From the NCBI RefSeq assembly GCF_963921235.1, contig NC_086097.1, positions 147,004,001 to 147,068,000 on the forward strand: a stretch of 64,000 nt of DNA. Reading direction: 5' to 3'. Below are positions 22,633 through 35,415 of the stretch, in pieces. A model generated the notes under the pieces. The model had not been told where the DNA came from. It worked only from the letters and a program-made list of their open reading frames with translations, and made no database searches. Every line of letters starts with the position of its first letter. The stretch's first letter is position 1. Origin of the DNA: Mobula hypostoma. Taxonomy: Eukaryota. A program made the position numbers and the translations under genes.

Positions 22633-24729
22633 ACTTATATCTACTTTCGCAGGAGACTAAAGAAATTCAGTGATCTCCCAGTATTGTTACTGAAGAAGTA
22701 CCTTGGAAACTACTGAAGATCTAAAAGGAGATATGATACAACTTAAAAATCTCCAGTAGAGACTTAATCAGTGTTAAAATTGAAGTACTCTTAATCCTTC
22801 ATAGCAACTGACGATCCATAATGCAGAGCACAATACCAGAATTGAAAATAAATAATTATTGTGAATGACAATATAGTTTATATTTCAAACGAGCAAAAGA
22901 GGGTTCCACTTCGAGGTCCACATTCTTTTAAACACAATATATACATATATGCCTTGAGTTTTCAAATTATTAAACTTTGCTTTAATCTTTTTGTTGATCT
23001 AATTTTTTTTTGTAAATGATGTGTACAGTTTACGTCTATATTTTTCTTATGAATGCTGCTTATATGATGCCATGTGCCCATGATGCTGTTACAAGTAAAG
23101 TTTTTATTGCATCTGTATGCACATGTACTTGTCCATGTGACAATGAACTTGACTTTGATTTACAGATACCACCACGTTCTCTCAGGTCTCACTAATTTGT
23201 CAACCTATGCTAAACATGCAAGAGGTAAATTTATTGATTCAGAAGACAAAGGTTCCATCAATGAGTCAACAGAATGATGCATGAGACATCTAATGCTTTT
23301 ACTAATACAAAGTAAATTTTAGTGCGTTACACCCAAAACAGCACCAAAACTAAGATTTAAAAACAAAACTACTTAATCATTGCTGCATCAAGCATAGCAA
23401 ATGCAAATCAATATTGGTTTTCGTGAAGTGCTGAACTTCTGAGATATGGCTCATGGATACTGTTAACTTGAGTCCTCTTTAGTTTTCCTAGCTGGATGCA
23501 AAAGATCCCAAGTTTCTACTAGGTGTGCACATCATCAGTAGCCTGCCCTGGTCTGACTATGTTGACATCATGACCAATAAAGCTCACCAAAGGCTCTACT
23601 TTTTCAGGAGACCAAAGAAATTCAGTTCGCTCCCAGTGTTGCTGCTGAAGATGCATCTCGGAAACTACTAAAGATCTAAAAGGAGATAGGATATAACTTA
23701 CAAACCACAGGAAAGGGCAGTAACTGATGAGAAAGTGAAGTAATAAAAGAAGGAACTGAGTGGAATTACTCAAGAGATGAGGCAAAATGTAGCATGTGGC
23801 GAGATGATCCTTTGTCAGAAATACAGCTCTGTACAAATCAAGTTCCTGCTCATCTTTATAATTTACATTTTCTGAGTCAGCATCTCACTGAACTTTTGTT
23901 TGCCGGGGTGGGGGGTGGTGGCATTGAGGAAACTGGTGGTGAGGGAGGTGAAATAATTTCCACTGAACATGAACTTGTTCACACTCAAAATCCAAATCCA
24001 TGCTTTTCAGCTCGACTATTTGTACAGAAGGCAGGAGCGCCAACGCAGATCAATTTTTCTATACAGCAATTCATCAAAACCTGAGACTATATAGTTTCAT
24101 TAATATGGTAGAATGTTGCAGCCCAGGTAGAAGTGTAAATATTTAAACCGGAAGAAGTTTCAGGCCATTTTGTTGCACTTTATTTATCAGATTTTTGATT
24201 CATTAGAAAACATAATGCTTGAGAAAATATATACTGTATATGGAAAAGTGTGTTGTGTGGATACTGAATAGCTGGAATTGAATAGAGCCTCATAAGAATG
24301 TCCTCCTGTCACCAAGGTCAAAGAATCTCATAAGAATCATCTCCTATCAGAAAGGCAATTTCGGATCCAATTAGCCCCCTCACCTTTGACCCTATTTGCC
24401 TTAATCGTATGGGCCAGCCTACTGTGCTGGACCTTGTCAAATGCCCTACTAAAGTCCATATGGAGAATGTCTACAACCCTGTCTTCTCAATGTTCTTAGT
24501 TTCCTGCCGAAAAAATTCAGTCTTATTAGTAAAACAGGATCTCCCTCATTAAAGCCATGCTTACTATCAGCCCATCTTTCCAAGTGTACAAAAATCACAT
24601 CCTTTGGAGTTTTGTTCATTAATTTTCCTACCACTTACGTAAGACCCACTAGCATGGAGTTTTCTGATTAGTCTATAAGAACCCAAAGAACAGCTTTAGT
24701 GGTACAGGATACAGAAGAAGGTGGGTATA

Positions 24730-25697
24730 AAAACATAACAACATAAGAAATAGGAGCAGGAGTAGGCCATCTGGCCCATCGAGCCTGCTCCTCCATTCAG
24801 TAAGATCATGGCTAATCTAGCCATAGGCTCATCTCCATCTACCTGCCTTTTCCCCACAGCCTTTAATTCTCCTATGCAAAAATCTAGCCAACCTTGTCTT
24901 AAATATATTTACTGAAGTAGCCTCCACTACTTCATTGGGCAAAGAATTCCACAGATTCACCAATCTCTGGGAAAATCAGTTGCTCTCATCTCTGTCCTAA
25001 ATCTACTCCCCCGAATCTTGAGGCTATGTCCTCTAGTTCTTGTCTCACCTACCAGTGGAATCAACTTTCCTGCCTCTATCTTATCTATCCCCATCATAAT
25101 TTTATATGATTTTATAATATCTCTGCTCATTGTTCTGAATTCCAGCAAGTACCTTCCCAGGCGACTCATTCTCTCTTCATAGTCTAACCCCAGCATCTCT
25201 GGAATCAACCTGGTGAACCTCCTCTGCACTGACTACAAAGTCAGTATATCCTTTCTCAAGTAAGAAGATGAAAACTCTAGGTGCGGCCTCACCAATACCT
25301 GGTACAGTGGCAGCATAACCTCCCGGCTCTTAAATTCAATTCCTCTAGCAATGAAGGCCAATATTCCATTTGCCTTCTTGATAGTCTGCTGCACCCGCAA
25401 ACCAACCTTTTGTGATTCATGCATAAGCACTCCCAGGTCCCTCTGCACAGCAGCATGTTGCAATTTTCTACCATTTAAATAATAATCTGCTCTTTCATTT
25501 TTCCTTCCAAAGTGGATGACCTTGCATTCACCGACATTGTACTCCATCTGCCAGACCCTTGCCCACTCAATTAACCTATCTATATCTCTCTGCAGACTCT
25601 TCATATCTTCTGCACAATTTGCTTTTCCACTCAATTTAATATCATTAGCAAACTTCTATACATTACACTTGGTCCCCTCTTCCAGATCTCAAATGTA
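24730..25697 (-). mobile_element. CR1 LINE 3' ~1 kb
   Basis: Minus-strand ORFs WQMEYNVGECKVIHFG...RPHLE and QRRFTRLIP. The tail is aaacataacaacataagaaataggagcagg. Confidence 0.9.
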
Positions 25698-25894
25698 TGC
25701 TCAATAAATGCTTGGTGAATTAAAGAGCCTGCCAGAAAGTTCATGCTCAATGTCAAAAATCATGAATGAGGCACCAATATGCAATGGATGTGAACAGAGC
25801 TTGGAGACCATTCTTTCCACCATGGAATAATAATCAACTCCACTTACAACACACAAGGGTATGAACACAGCTAAACTGTAGATTCTGATAGCAC

Positions 25895-26103
25895 CTGCCA
25901 TGACGTTGAGCTCTTCTTCTGCCACCTCCATCTCCGTGCCTACTTCTTTGGCAAGGACGCTCCACCCCACAGTGATGACTCCTCCTCCCATCTTCAACCC
26001 TCCTCCTCTTCCTGGACATCCCGCTCTGGTTTTCCAACTACTCTGCATCTTTTCATTGCTAACTGCTGATGGGCTATCAACCAACTTGACTTCACCACTT
26101 CCC
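25895..26103 (+). mobile_element. Penelope-like ORF internal fragment
   Basis: One frame reads HDVELFFCHLHLRAYFFGKD...LQPSSSSWTSRSG...LFIANC, the region upstream of the PLE RT domain as recalled from related elements. Confidence 0.65.
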
Positions 26104-27314
26104 TGTTGCTAAAAGCATTTTAGATTTTCCAAGGTTGAAAAGGGGTATTAGATCCTTAAACTCCAAAGTGGCAGCTCAGTCATCAAATCAGAAATGTACA
26201 CTGATTGACACTATCATTTTGCTGCTCTCTGAAATGACACAAGATATTAATTTCACAGTGCTAACATCCTCACCAAAATGACATTCAGCTCCATACAACA
26301 CTGCAAGCAGGGTTTAAAATATTTCAGATGTACTCTGCTGTCTCACATGATGCAGGTGCTAGTTTGCTTTGATCATTGAACCAGACTACCTTTTTTGAAC
26401 TATTTCGAGAGAAGTAGACATGCACCATCACCAACATTTTGAAGTTCTAAAGGCACTCAGAGGTCCCCCACCCCCCAAAAAAATGCAAGGTAACTGTCTA
26501 TGCATTCTTTCCAGATAGCTGAACTGACTGCGCTTGGGTCAATTATCACAGCATTCTGATAGTTGTGTCATGTAACAAACAACACAAAAAATCTACAATA
26601 TCTTGAGATAATGCATGAAGACAAAAGGGAATTCTTCAATATAACATTAAATTATTTAAAGAACTATGTTAAATTGTATACATTGCATCAGGTGTGACTA
26701 GAAGCACTTTGATGTTATTACCATTATTATCACATCCTTGTGGATGTCAAATGTTTGAAGGCTTTTAAAGCAACCAAGGAGTAGGCTTAAGCTTCGTTAC
26801 ATTATTTGAAATGACTGAAGGGCACTTCTATAGAATTTGAAGTCATATTAAGATAGATGGCAGGAAATAAAGCTTTTCACAGGGACTCATTATCTGTTAG
26901 AATAAACTGTCAAACAGGTACCCAGTAAAAAGTCACCAGTGTCTTTCAAACAGAGAGACTTAATGAGGGCTCAGCAAATTTCTAATTCTAAAGAGTACAC
27001 AATTTGTTATTTGTAACTCCAATATGTTTTGGGCAACTGATAGATCTCAATCAAATGCCCTTACTGGTGCATTATGTGTTTGGCCACTTATGTGTCTTTT
27101 CTTTATGTGTCTCTAAAGTAACATGGTGGCAGGAACACTAATTGAATAGACCTGATAGACCAGTTGGTCTTCACAGATATTAGTGCGTAAATATTGTCTT
27201 TCCAACACTTAGCAAAGTCTGAATTCTATTTATTATCACGACTGCACCTTCATAAGTAGAATTCACAATATCTTCTGCAGCTTTATTGATCCCAAGCTAC
27301 AATGATCTTCTCAC

Positions 27315-27602
27315 CTGTCCACCAGCTACTCCACTTCATCTCTGTACTCTGATACATCATTGTTGTTGAAGAGGCCAACCACCGTTGTGTCATCTTTGAT
27401 GACACTGTTAGAGCTGGATCCTGTGATACTGTCATGCGTCAGAAGTGTGAACAGCGATGGACTGAGCACACAGCCTTGGGGAGCGCCAGTGCTCAGCGAA
27501 ATAGGACTAGAGATATTGCTGCCCACATGGATTGACTCTGACCTTTCTGTAAAGAAGTCCAAGATCCTGTTGCAGAGGGAGATGTTGAGGCCCAGCGAGG
27601 AC
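27315..27602 (-). mobile_element. Rex/Babar RT fragment
   Basis: LCNRILDFF...[20 protein letters not shown]...DDTTVVGL. Confidence 0.85.
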
Positions 27603-27929
27603 AACAAGGTGTGATATTTAATTTATGCACTTTAGTTCGTGTATTTATGTGTATTCCATTTGTAGATTTCATCCTTACTTTCATAAATTATTATTAGATT
27701 AGATTATGATGTGTTATGTATGTTATACAGTGCTTGTTCAGAGAAATGTTGTGTCATTTGATGGTACACATGTATATAGTTAAATGACAATCGACTTGAC
27801 TTAACTTGAAAGAACCCTGATTTGTTCCCTAACTTCAGATGAATTAAGGTACAAAAATACAATTTAGAAGGAAGGGTGGATAACATGGTGTCTTGTGTCA
27901 GCTCCACTTAATATGCATAGTAGGGGAAT

Positions 27930-28690
27930 TAATATGCAGAGTAAGGGAATTAAGGGTTATGGAGAAAAGGCAGGTAGGTGGAGATGAAAGGTTAGAGCAG
28001 GGTCAACGGGCCAGACGGCCTACTCCTGCTCCTATTTCTTATGTTCTTATGATCAAAGTAAATTTGATTATCTGATATTTTAATATAAACATGACTAATC
28101 AGCCAAAAAGCTCAACTGCATATTTCCATCAGATTCTCCATAAGCTTTCAAACACCCCACCCACGCTGATTGTAAAGAATCAGCCACTACCAACATTTGA
28201 GAAAGAAGTCTGAAGATTCATAAAACTTACGGAAAAAATCAGCTGATCTATGCTTTAAATCAATGACTCCTTATTTAAAATAAATGATCACTATCTCAAG
28301 ATTTTCCCACAAGAAGAAACATACTTTTTTTCACATTCACCCTTGTCAAAACCCTTTAGATGTTTCAACCAAGACAAATTCTAGTGGATACAAGCCTAAC
28401 CTGTCCAATCATTCCACAAAGAACAGTCTGCCCATTCCAGATACAAGTCTACCAGATCTTCCCTGAACCACGTCTAATACATTAACATAGAAACACAGAA
28501 GACCTACAGCACAATACAGGCCCGCCAGCTCACAATGCTGTGCCGAACATGTACTTACTTTAGAAATTACCTAGGGTTACCCATAGCCCTCTATTTTTCT
28601 GAGCTCCATGTACCTAAGTTATCTCATAAATAAGCAGACTAATATTGTACACAGTATTCCAGCTAAGTACCCAGCAATGCCCTCTATAAC
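27930..28690. mobile_element. Cluster of CR1 3' fragments (plus-strand tail 27930-28050; minus-strand body with a younger tail at ~28484-28615)
   Basis: Tails cctactcctgctcctatttcttatgttcttat and aacatagaaacacagaagacctacagcacaatacaggcc. Confidence 0.65.
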
Positions 28691-28734
28691 ATGTTTTATG
28701 CATTTGGTCTCAGACCATAGCTTGGAAAGTTAAA

Positions 28735-29101
28735 ATGTAGTCACTTTTACAAAGCAGGAAAAATAGCAGCCAATTTACACATAGTCATGTTTCACAAACA
28801 GCAATGTGATAGCAACGAGACGATGCCTTTTTGAAATAGAAATGAGGATAACAGTCACCACGCACCAAGAAGAACTGCCTTGATCTTCTTTGAAATGGTG
28901 CTATGGGATCTTCTGCATCTACTTGAGGCAATTTAAAGAGTCTTGGTTTAAAATATTACCCAAAAGAGGACTCCTCTATTAGTTCCTCAATAATACTTTG
29001 GGTATCAGCTTAGTTTTTTTTATGCTTAAGATGATAGAGCGGAATTCAAGAACGTACTGACTCAAATGTGAGTTTACTACCAAGTGAGCAATAGCTGACA
29101 C
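28735..29101 (-). mobile_element. DeuSINE (SacSINE1-like), highly decayed
   Basis: gcagccaattt...cacaaacagcaatgtgat...tcttctttgaaatggtgctatgggatctt...tgagcaatagctgacac matches the recalled reverse strand of the shark DeuSINE. Confidence 0.7.
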
Positions 29102-31762
29102 CTCGTAATGGAATTGTGTTGTTTTTCATCTTAGACAATCCCTCGGGTTTGAAGATGTTTTACATTACTTCCACTCCACTTTGTTCCTTCTGGCGTGGTG
29201 AATGAGGCTAATGTAGGAACGTCCATGGGTGGGAGAAAAGGTGACAGATAAGCATGTCAGAATGAGAATCAAGTGTTATTTAATTTAGCAATATTACTTT
29301 GTTTCAAGGAGATAAAAGGGACTACAGATGCTGGAATCTGAATTTTAAAAACAACTAACTGCTATCTCGCCTCTATCTTTCAATCCAGATGAAGTATGTT
29401 GACCCAGAATGTCGACTGCCCATTTTCTTCTCTGGAAGCTGCCAGACCTCCTAAATTCCTCCAGCAGTTTGTCTTCAAATTCAAATAAAAACAGAGCAAA
29501 CTCAGAAGGAATATCACCAATTGTTTCAACTCCCTTCTGTTAAGAAGTGTCTAGGTTCACACGTTAAGAATTGTGTTTTCGGTGAGGTACTTGAAGAGAA
29601 ATAAACGTCAAAGTATTTGTACTGAGATACAGAAAAGAAAAATATGTAAAGTAAAATTACAGATGAAGGCATAACCAAGCTATATGTAGTTGTATGCAGA
29701 CGCAACGTCAAATTATATATATTTTTTCAAGATGAAAATCATTAATTTTCTTGATGATGCCTAAAAAGTGGTCTTCAATTGTACTGACAGTCCTGTACTC
29801 TCTCAATAAAGGGATTTTCTTTCCATCTCACTGGTCTGTTCCTTGAAACCTATTTGCAAGCACTTTGCATCACTTCTTGCATTAATGTTTCAATAAATAA
29901 TGGCATTTGCTGTATGGAGCTTAATGCTCTCTGAATCCTGCCTCCACTTTGACTTCTACAGGCGTACTAAAATGTCTGAATGACACAAAGCTGTGTAATT
30001 CACTTCAGCTTCCCTCTGGGCAAAGAGTGATGGAGTGACATCTCTTGATCTGGAGCTGGAGCCACTGATTCATCACTTCTCCTCAAATGGGTGCTGAAAT
30101 GAATTATGCAATTTTTTTTGCCATTTAGATCATTTAGTTTATCTTAGAAAATGAAATTTCTTCTCCATAAAATCTGAAACAATAGTCCCAAATGTACCAT
30201 TCACCAGTATCAGTTTTGCTCTCATTACTATCTAACACTGTCTATTTCTCCTACAACTAACTGAAGAGCATCTCTCGGCTTTGCTGGAATTCAGACATTA
30301 GAAAGTTATATTTTTGATCAGCGATATTCGCTCAGGGGTGACCAGAATGTAATTATTATTTTGTCAGAGCTTTGTAAAGTGTATGCTCTTTCTCAAAATT
30401 ACATCAAAATTATATGTGATTTTTATCCTACAATAAAGACAGTCGGAAAAACAAGAGTTCTGCTATATAACAGCTCCTGGAGACACGTTGGCCTGCACCA
30501 AAATTAGAAGATGTATTTTTAATTTCTTCTCAGTCCTCACTAATTTTCACAATCATTCTATACTTTGAAGTGAATATCTCCCTCTGTTGAGTTGGTGATC
30601 TTACACACAGTTGAATTCCTGATAGTATTTTTAACTGTGTAAGTTCATTCATTTAAACAAAATCTTCTCTTAATGCTTATCCAGGAGAATTTCAAATGTT
30701 CTGGAGGTTCAGAGTATTTCTTATTGTGGGATCAATGTATTGAACATTTAAAGGCATTTTTCTTGTAACTAATGGACCAGGCATATTCTGAAAGTTCCCT
30801 GTGATGAGCATGAGGCTTTTTCACCTGGCAGGTAAGCAGTTTTATTTACTTAATGTCAGAATTTAAATCTACACAGACTTCATATGAAAAATGAACCTTT
30901 GCAGCCATACAATTGACATGTTCACATTTTCAATTTCGCAGCAAACACAGAAGAGGCCAGTTGGTCCATCATGTTTGTACCATATCTTCAAAGATAATAT
31001 TCATTTAGCTCCACTGCCTCTGCTCTTTCACTGTACATTCACTGCTCCCCCCACCCCTTCTAATTATACAACCAGCAGTCTTGAGAAAGCTATTTCAGAA
31101 GCCTTTCCGGGGATGCAGTCCAGATCACAAAGACTAATTGCGATAAAGAAAATCTCCCTCGTTTCCCTTCTGTGTGTTTTTTAACGAATAGCCCGATTAC
31201 GGCCACTTCTACCAGCGGGGATGTCTCACTAAGTGCATCGCTCTCACATCACTATCGAATATTTCTAAGCACCAGTTGTACTTGCAGAGTGAAAGCACAA
31301 TAATCACTTTGGCAACCAAACTTTATTGTGCTTTTCTAAGGCAGGGTGCAGTTTCAGCCCTTTGATTTTCATTCATCATCGGCTGCATCTGATCAGAACG
31401 GAACATTTTTTTCCAGCAACGACAGCTGAAGTCACCATCACTCACAGCACCTTCTCCGTCTCGATTTAAAACTGCACATCGCTTTTGGTTGCTTCGAATA
31501 CGAACTTTATACTCGTTCAAGTTAAACAGCCTCGTCCCCAGCACCAACAGCAGTAAATGCAAATACCACCAAATGTATTCACAGAGTTGGAACATTACGG
31601 TGTAGCCTTAAGCGGACCCCACTGCATCGCCAATAACCTTTAAAAGTGTTTTAATGGCACCGTTTACTTAAAGCCAACCGTGAAACAAAATATAACCTAG
31701 ACTACAAAGAATAATTTTAACGGGTATTTATACACATTCACATTTAATAAATCAGTGCCTAC

Positions 31763-31882
31763 TTGTAGTGTTGTATTTGATTCCATTGAAGGATTCAGGA
31801 CAAGGTCTCGCCACAAGCTGCCCCGCTGTAGTTCTCGGCCAGCAAGTTCCAATTTCATCGGTTGTAGAGTTGCAATAAACAC
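31763..31882 (-). CDS. crhr2: CRF receptor 2, coding exon 2 (extracellular hormone-binding domain)
   Basis: Acceptor ccttttcctaAG, 120 nt, phase 1 to phase 1, donor ACAA|GTAGGC. Translation is (G)[39 protein letters not shown]. It carries the secretin-family CW...PCP motif, and FNGIKYNTT matches CRF2 rather than CRF1 (FYGVRYNTT). It is in frame with exon 1 across a 125-nt intron (31883-32007). Confidence 0.95.
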
Positions 31883-32007
31883 CTTAGGAAAAGGTTATAA
31901 AAATGAGCATTAAAATACGAAAGGATAACAGGGAGTAAAAGTGAAATCAAATGTAAGGCACAACTCTGTAAGTTAAATCTACAATTTCCTACTCGGGATT
32001 GTCATAC

Positions 32008-32131
32008 CAGTCGGATCAATAACAGGGACTGGTTCCGTTTCGTAGAAATGATCCTGGAGAGTCAGAGCATCTAACAGGCTGCAGTTGGGGTCTAATTCAT
32101 CGATGATGATCTGGAAGATTGTGGAGTCCAT
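32008..32131 (-). CDS. crhr2: CRF receptor 2 (class B GPCR), coding exon 1 (alpha-type N-terminus)
   Basis: Manual translation gives MDSTIFQIIIDELDPNCSLLDALTLQDHFYETEPVPVIDPT(G), which closely resembles the amphibian CRF2 N-terminus as I recall it (MDSTIFEIIIDEFDANCSLLDA). The start is gccATGg (Kozak context). The exon is 124 nt and ends in phase 1 at an ACTG|GTATGA donor. Confidence 0.95.
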
Positions 32132-32419
32132 GGCGCAGCCTGGAACTGGAACCAGAAGTACACCGGTGTATCTCTGTATGGGTTTATTCTTGCAGTTACC
32201 GCGGCTCCCTTTCTCTCTGCCTCCAGAGATGCGAGAGCAGCGTCTTGGTTTGAAGCTTCACCTCTCCGTTACATTCGCTCCACCTCTTTGGCCAATGGGA
32301 ATGTTCCAGCTGCCTACGACTGATCAATTAGATCGCTAATTCGAGGGGTTTACTTGCTTTGTGAATTCCTGCTAATGTACTATGGCATTCCCTCACATTT
32401 TAATGATTTAATTTTTATT

Positions 32420-33290
32420 TCAATCTATGCTCTCTCCACTGTCTCTGCATTCACGCCCGTCCGCCTATCCCTTTCGCACACTGTATTCCTTAGTATCTTT
32501 ACCTCGTTCATTTCCTCCAGTCTCTCTTTCTGGCCTCCCCTCCCATCCTACTTCCCCCCTCTCCTCTCTTGCTACTGTCCCCCTTCCTCTTTGTCCATAT
32601 TTGTTTCTTTTTTCATTTTCTCTCAGATTTCCTCGGTCTCTTCACGTGGCGTCTGCTACTTAATATTTCTTTTGCTCAATTAATTGTCCCTGGTGATGTG
32701 TTACACTTTCTCTTTGTTTCATACTTTTACGACCATTTTTTAAAACACATTGGGACTTTTTGCCTGCTTTGGCGAGCAGTTTGGTCACTATTACTCCTAA
32801 ATAGTCCCGCAGTTTCAGTACCGGTTTGCCTGTTATTCTACCGGAATAGAAATTTGATTTATCTCTTCGTCTCTCCCATTTGCACTCCTCCTAGATTCTC
32901 TCTGTCACTCTGCTCCTTTCATTCAGTATCTTCCTGACTCACGCCCTGTCAGCATCTTTTGTCTCTTGCTTCTTGAGGTTTTCTATCAGAATCCTTGCCT
33001 GTCTCTCAGTAGCTCAATCCCAGAATTTGTTTCATTCAGTCTTTCTCTGTGCTTTTGATCCCTCTTGATCCCTCACGATCTCTTTCTGACTGTCTCTTGG
33101 CATGCCTCTTTCTCTCTCTCTCCCTCTGTCATTATCTTTTATTTTACTTTTTTCAGTTTTTCTTCATTTCTTATTCCATTGTGCTCTTTCGTTATCTCCA
33201 TCTTTCTCTTTCTTATTATCTTTGACTCCTCTCTCTCCCTCAGTCTCTTTATATTTTTCATTTATCTGACAGCTCTCTAGCACTTCTTTT
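32420..33290. repeat. Pyrimidine-rich low-complexity tract upstream of crhr2
   Basis: About 870 bp dominated by C/T on the + strand. It generates spurious F/S/L-rich ORFs. Confidence 0.8.
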
Positions 33291-34069
33291 CAGACTGAAG
33301 GTTACACTCTCAATTACTGACCTTATCAGCTATTGATAACAGTAATTATGGATGCCATACCCTGAGCTTCAATGCATTTCCAAGGCATAGCAAAATATAT
33401 GAAAGCTGCTCTAAACCTTCACATTCACCTCAAATGATTTAAAAAAATAAAACCCAGTGAAGACTACTGACTCTGACTGATGACCTATATTGTATAAAAA
33501 GCATGGAGTCAAGTCTAGAGGCTGATTTAGAAACTCAGTTTTGAACTATGTCTAACAAAATACTGTATTGCCTTTCGATAAAGCATTGACTGAAATTTGA
33601 AATTTATTAAGGGACAAAAGATGTGCCAGTTGAAAATTTAGATTTAGATTCAACTTTATTGTCATTGTGCCAAGTACAGATACAAAGCCAATGAAATGCA
33701 GTTAGCATCTAACCAGAAATGCAAAGAATAGTGTTATTGCACTGGATTTGTGAAGACTTCATTAGAAGAGGCAGAATCAGAATCAGATTTATTTTCACTG
33801 ACATATATTGTGAAGTTTGTTTTTTGTGGCAGTAGTACAGTGCAAAATTTTAAAAATCTGCAAGTTACGATAAGAAACAAATTTAAAATAATACGTACAT
33901 AGTGCAGAAGGTGAGCCAAATAGTGAGTTAGTGTTCAGGATAATTATCTTCAGAGCAAATCTGTAATTCATTAAGACAAGACACCTAACAACTTCACCCA
34001 GATAACAAATATAACTCCCAACAAATATATGATTAACCCATCAAAAAACACTACAATTGGACAAGAAGC

Positions 34070-35415
34070 CACCTTGCGGCTATGTCCATTCACGGAGAAG
34101 GATTGGGGAGTAATTCCCGAGGGAAAAATATGGAACTAGAGTCTCCAGGGAGTCTTATGTTGAGTTCAATGCTGACTGGCAATTCATATGATGTCATTGG
34201 TGCCAAACTATATTGGTCTCTGCCATTCCTTCAGATTCATCAGCAATGTGGAGGGGGACAGCCTATTACAGCTTGCTTTCCATATCGTACTGGCCTAGTT
34301 TCATATCATGTAGGCCCCTGGGATGTAACATCCATCATTGACCCTGACCAACAGAGATTCTCAATCAAAGATGCCACAATCATATTCAATGTCAAAATAG
34401 CTTCAAATCAGACTGTGGTAATCACAATAATATAATTGCTGCTAGTTATCATTATCAAGGATCTCTTCAGTTGCTGCTCCCTCTCTCCCCTTCCCCACAC
34501 TGCTCTGACTCCCCACCGATGTAAAATGCAGCCCTCAAGTGAACAAATAGCTGCTTTTCAAATTGCAATTTGAGGCACAATGGACATGATCTTCACTGTA
34601 CGGCAACCCAGCAAAAGTGCAGGGAGCAGCATCAATTCCAATACATGGCTTTCTTTGACAACAATATACAACCTCAGAGCCTGGAGCAATTTTTTCAAAT
34701 CTCGCTCTCAAGGAAAATGTGGGTGTTTCTCAATGCTGATTGAGATCACCATTTCCTTCAGTGAGCCATTACAGTCTTTTGTTACTTGAGGAAAAGAGTG
34801 CTTGAAGATCAGTACCACAAAATGGCACTAAGCTGATGGTCTATGGGGCAGTAACAATCATCAACTTTATGTATGCTTCTGTCTACAGCAGACAATTAAC
34901 TGTGCAGGAGAGACACCACCCAACCCTGTTTCTGCCAAATCTTCCAAATCCTTTAACAGAGTATGCGGAACAATGTTAGCCTCCTCACTTACGCCAACAT
35001 CTTCAGAACTGATGCCCAAGTTATACTCGGTTGTTGTGCAAACCATGTTGCTTGCATGAAAAGGACACCCTATTCTGAGCTCCATTACCATGAGAAAATA
35101 CCACATAGCAAGGGTAAAGTATTCAAAGGTGTTCTTAAGTCTTCCTCGAAAGTAATAAAACCTCTTCATTTTCTCACAGGGATCACCTATCTGTGACTGC
35201 TCACAGTGAAAGAGAACCATTTAGGGTGTCATTGAGAACTTCCAGTTGACGCAACAGAAGCATCTACATATACATAGATACAGAAGGTTTGGACTATCTC
35301 CCATACTTCCCACCCACCCATTCCATCAAGCCCAATATATGACCAAACGTGCAGATATCACAGTGGTCCAATCAGCCATCTCAGGATCCACAGGTTTAGA
35401 GTAGAAACAAAACAT
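34070..35415 (+). mobile_element. Internally deleted, decayed RTE-like LINE
   Basis: Remnants GTMDMIFTVRQ, TKLMVYGAV and YSELHYH..., ending with the C-terminal ...ISHLRIHR-like segment typical of RTE. Confidence 0.55.

Larger units (their letters stand above)
31180..32470 (-). promoter_or_regulatory. crhr2: CpG-retaining promoter / 5' UTR region of crhr2
   Basis: CpG density is visibly higher than in the CpG-depleted flanks, and no TEs are recognisable. A CCAAT element lies at ~32292, about 160 nt upstream of the ATG. The TSS was not determined. Confidence 0.6.

Noticed and set aside
23870..24082. Possible minus-strand exon in crhr2 intron 2 (GFDELLYRKIDLRW...)
   Set aside because: It has no similarity to CRHR2 exon 3 and contains early stops.
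25701..26084. 127-aa minus-strand ORF that looks like a membrane protein
   Set aside because: It is largely the antisense of a Penelope ORF fragment on the plus strand, and no host domain is recognisable.
30685..30831. Plus-strand AG...GTAAGC exon-like segment antisense to crhr2
   Set aside because: There are stops in all three frames and no transcript evidence. At most it is a non-coding exon.
32354..33280. Several hydrophobic ORFs upstream of crhr2
   Set aside because: They are artefacts of the pyrimidine-rich low-complexity sequence.
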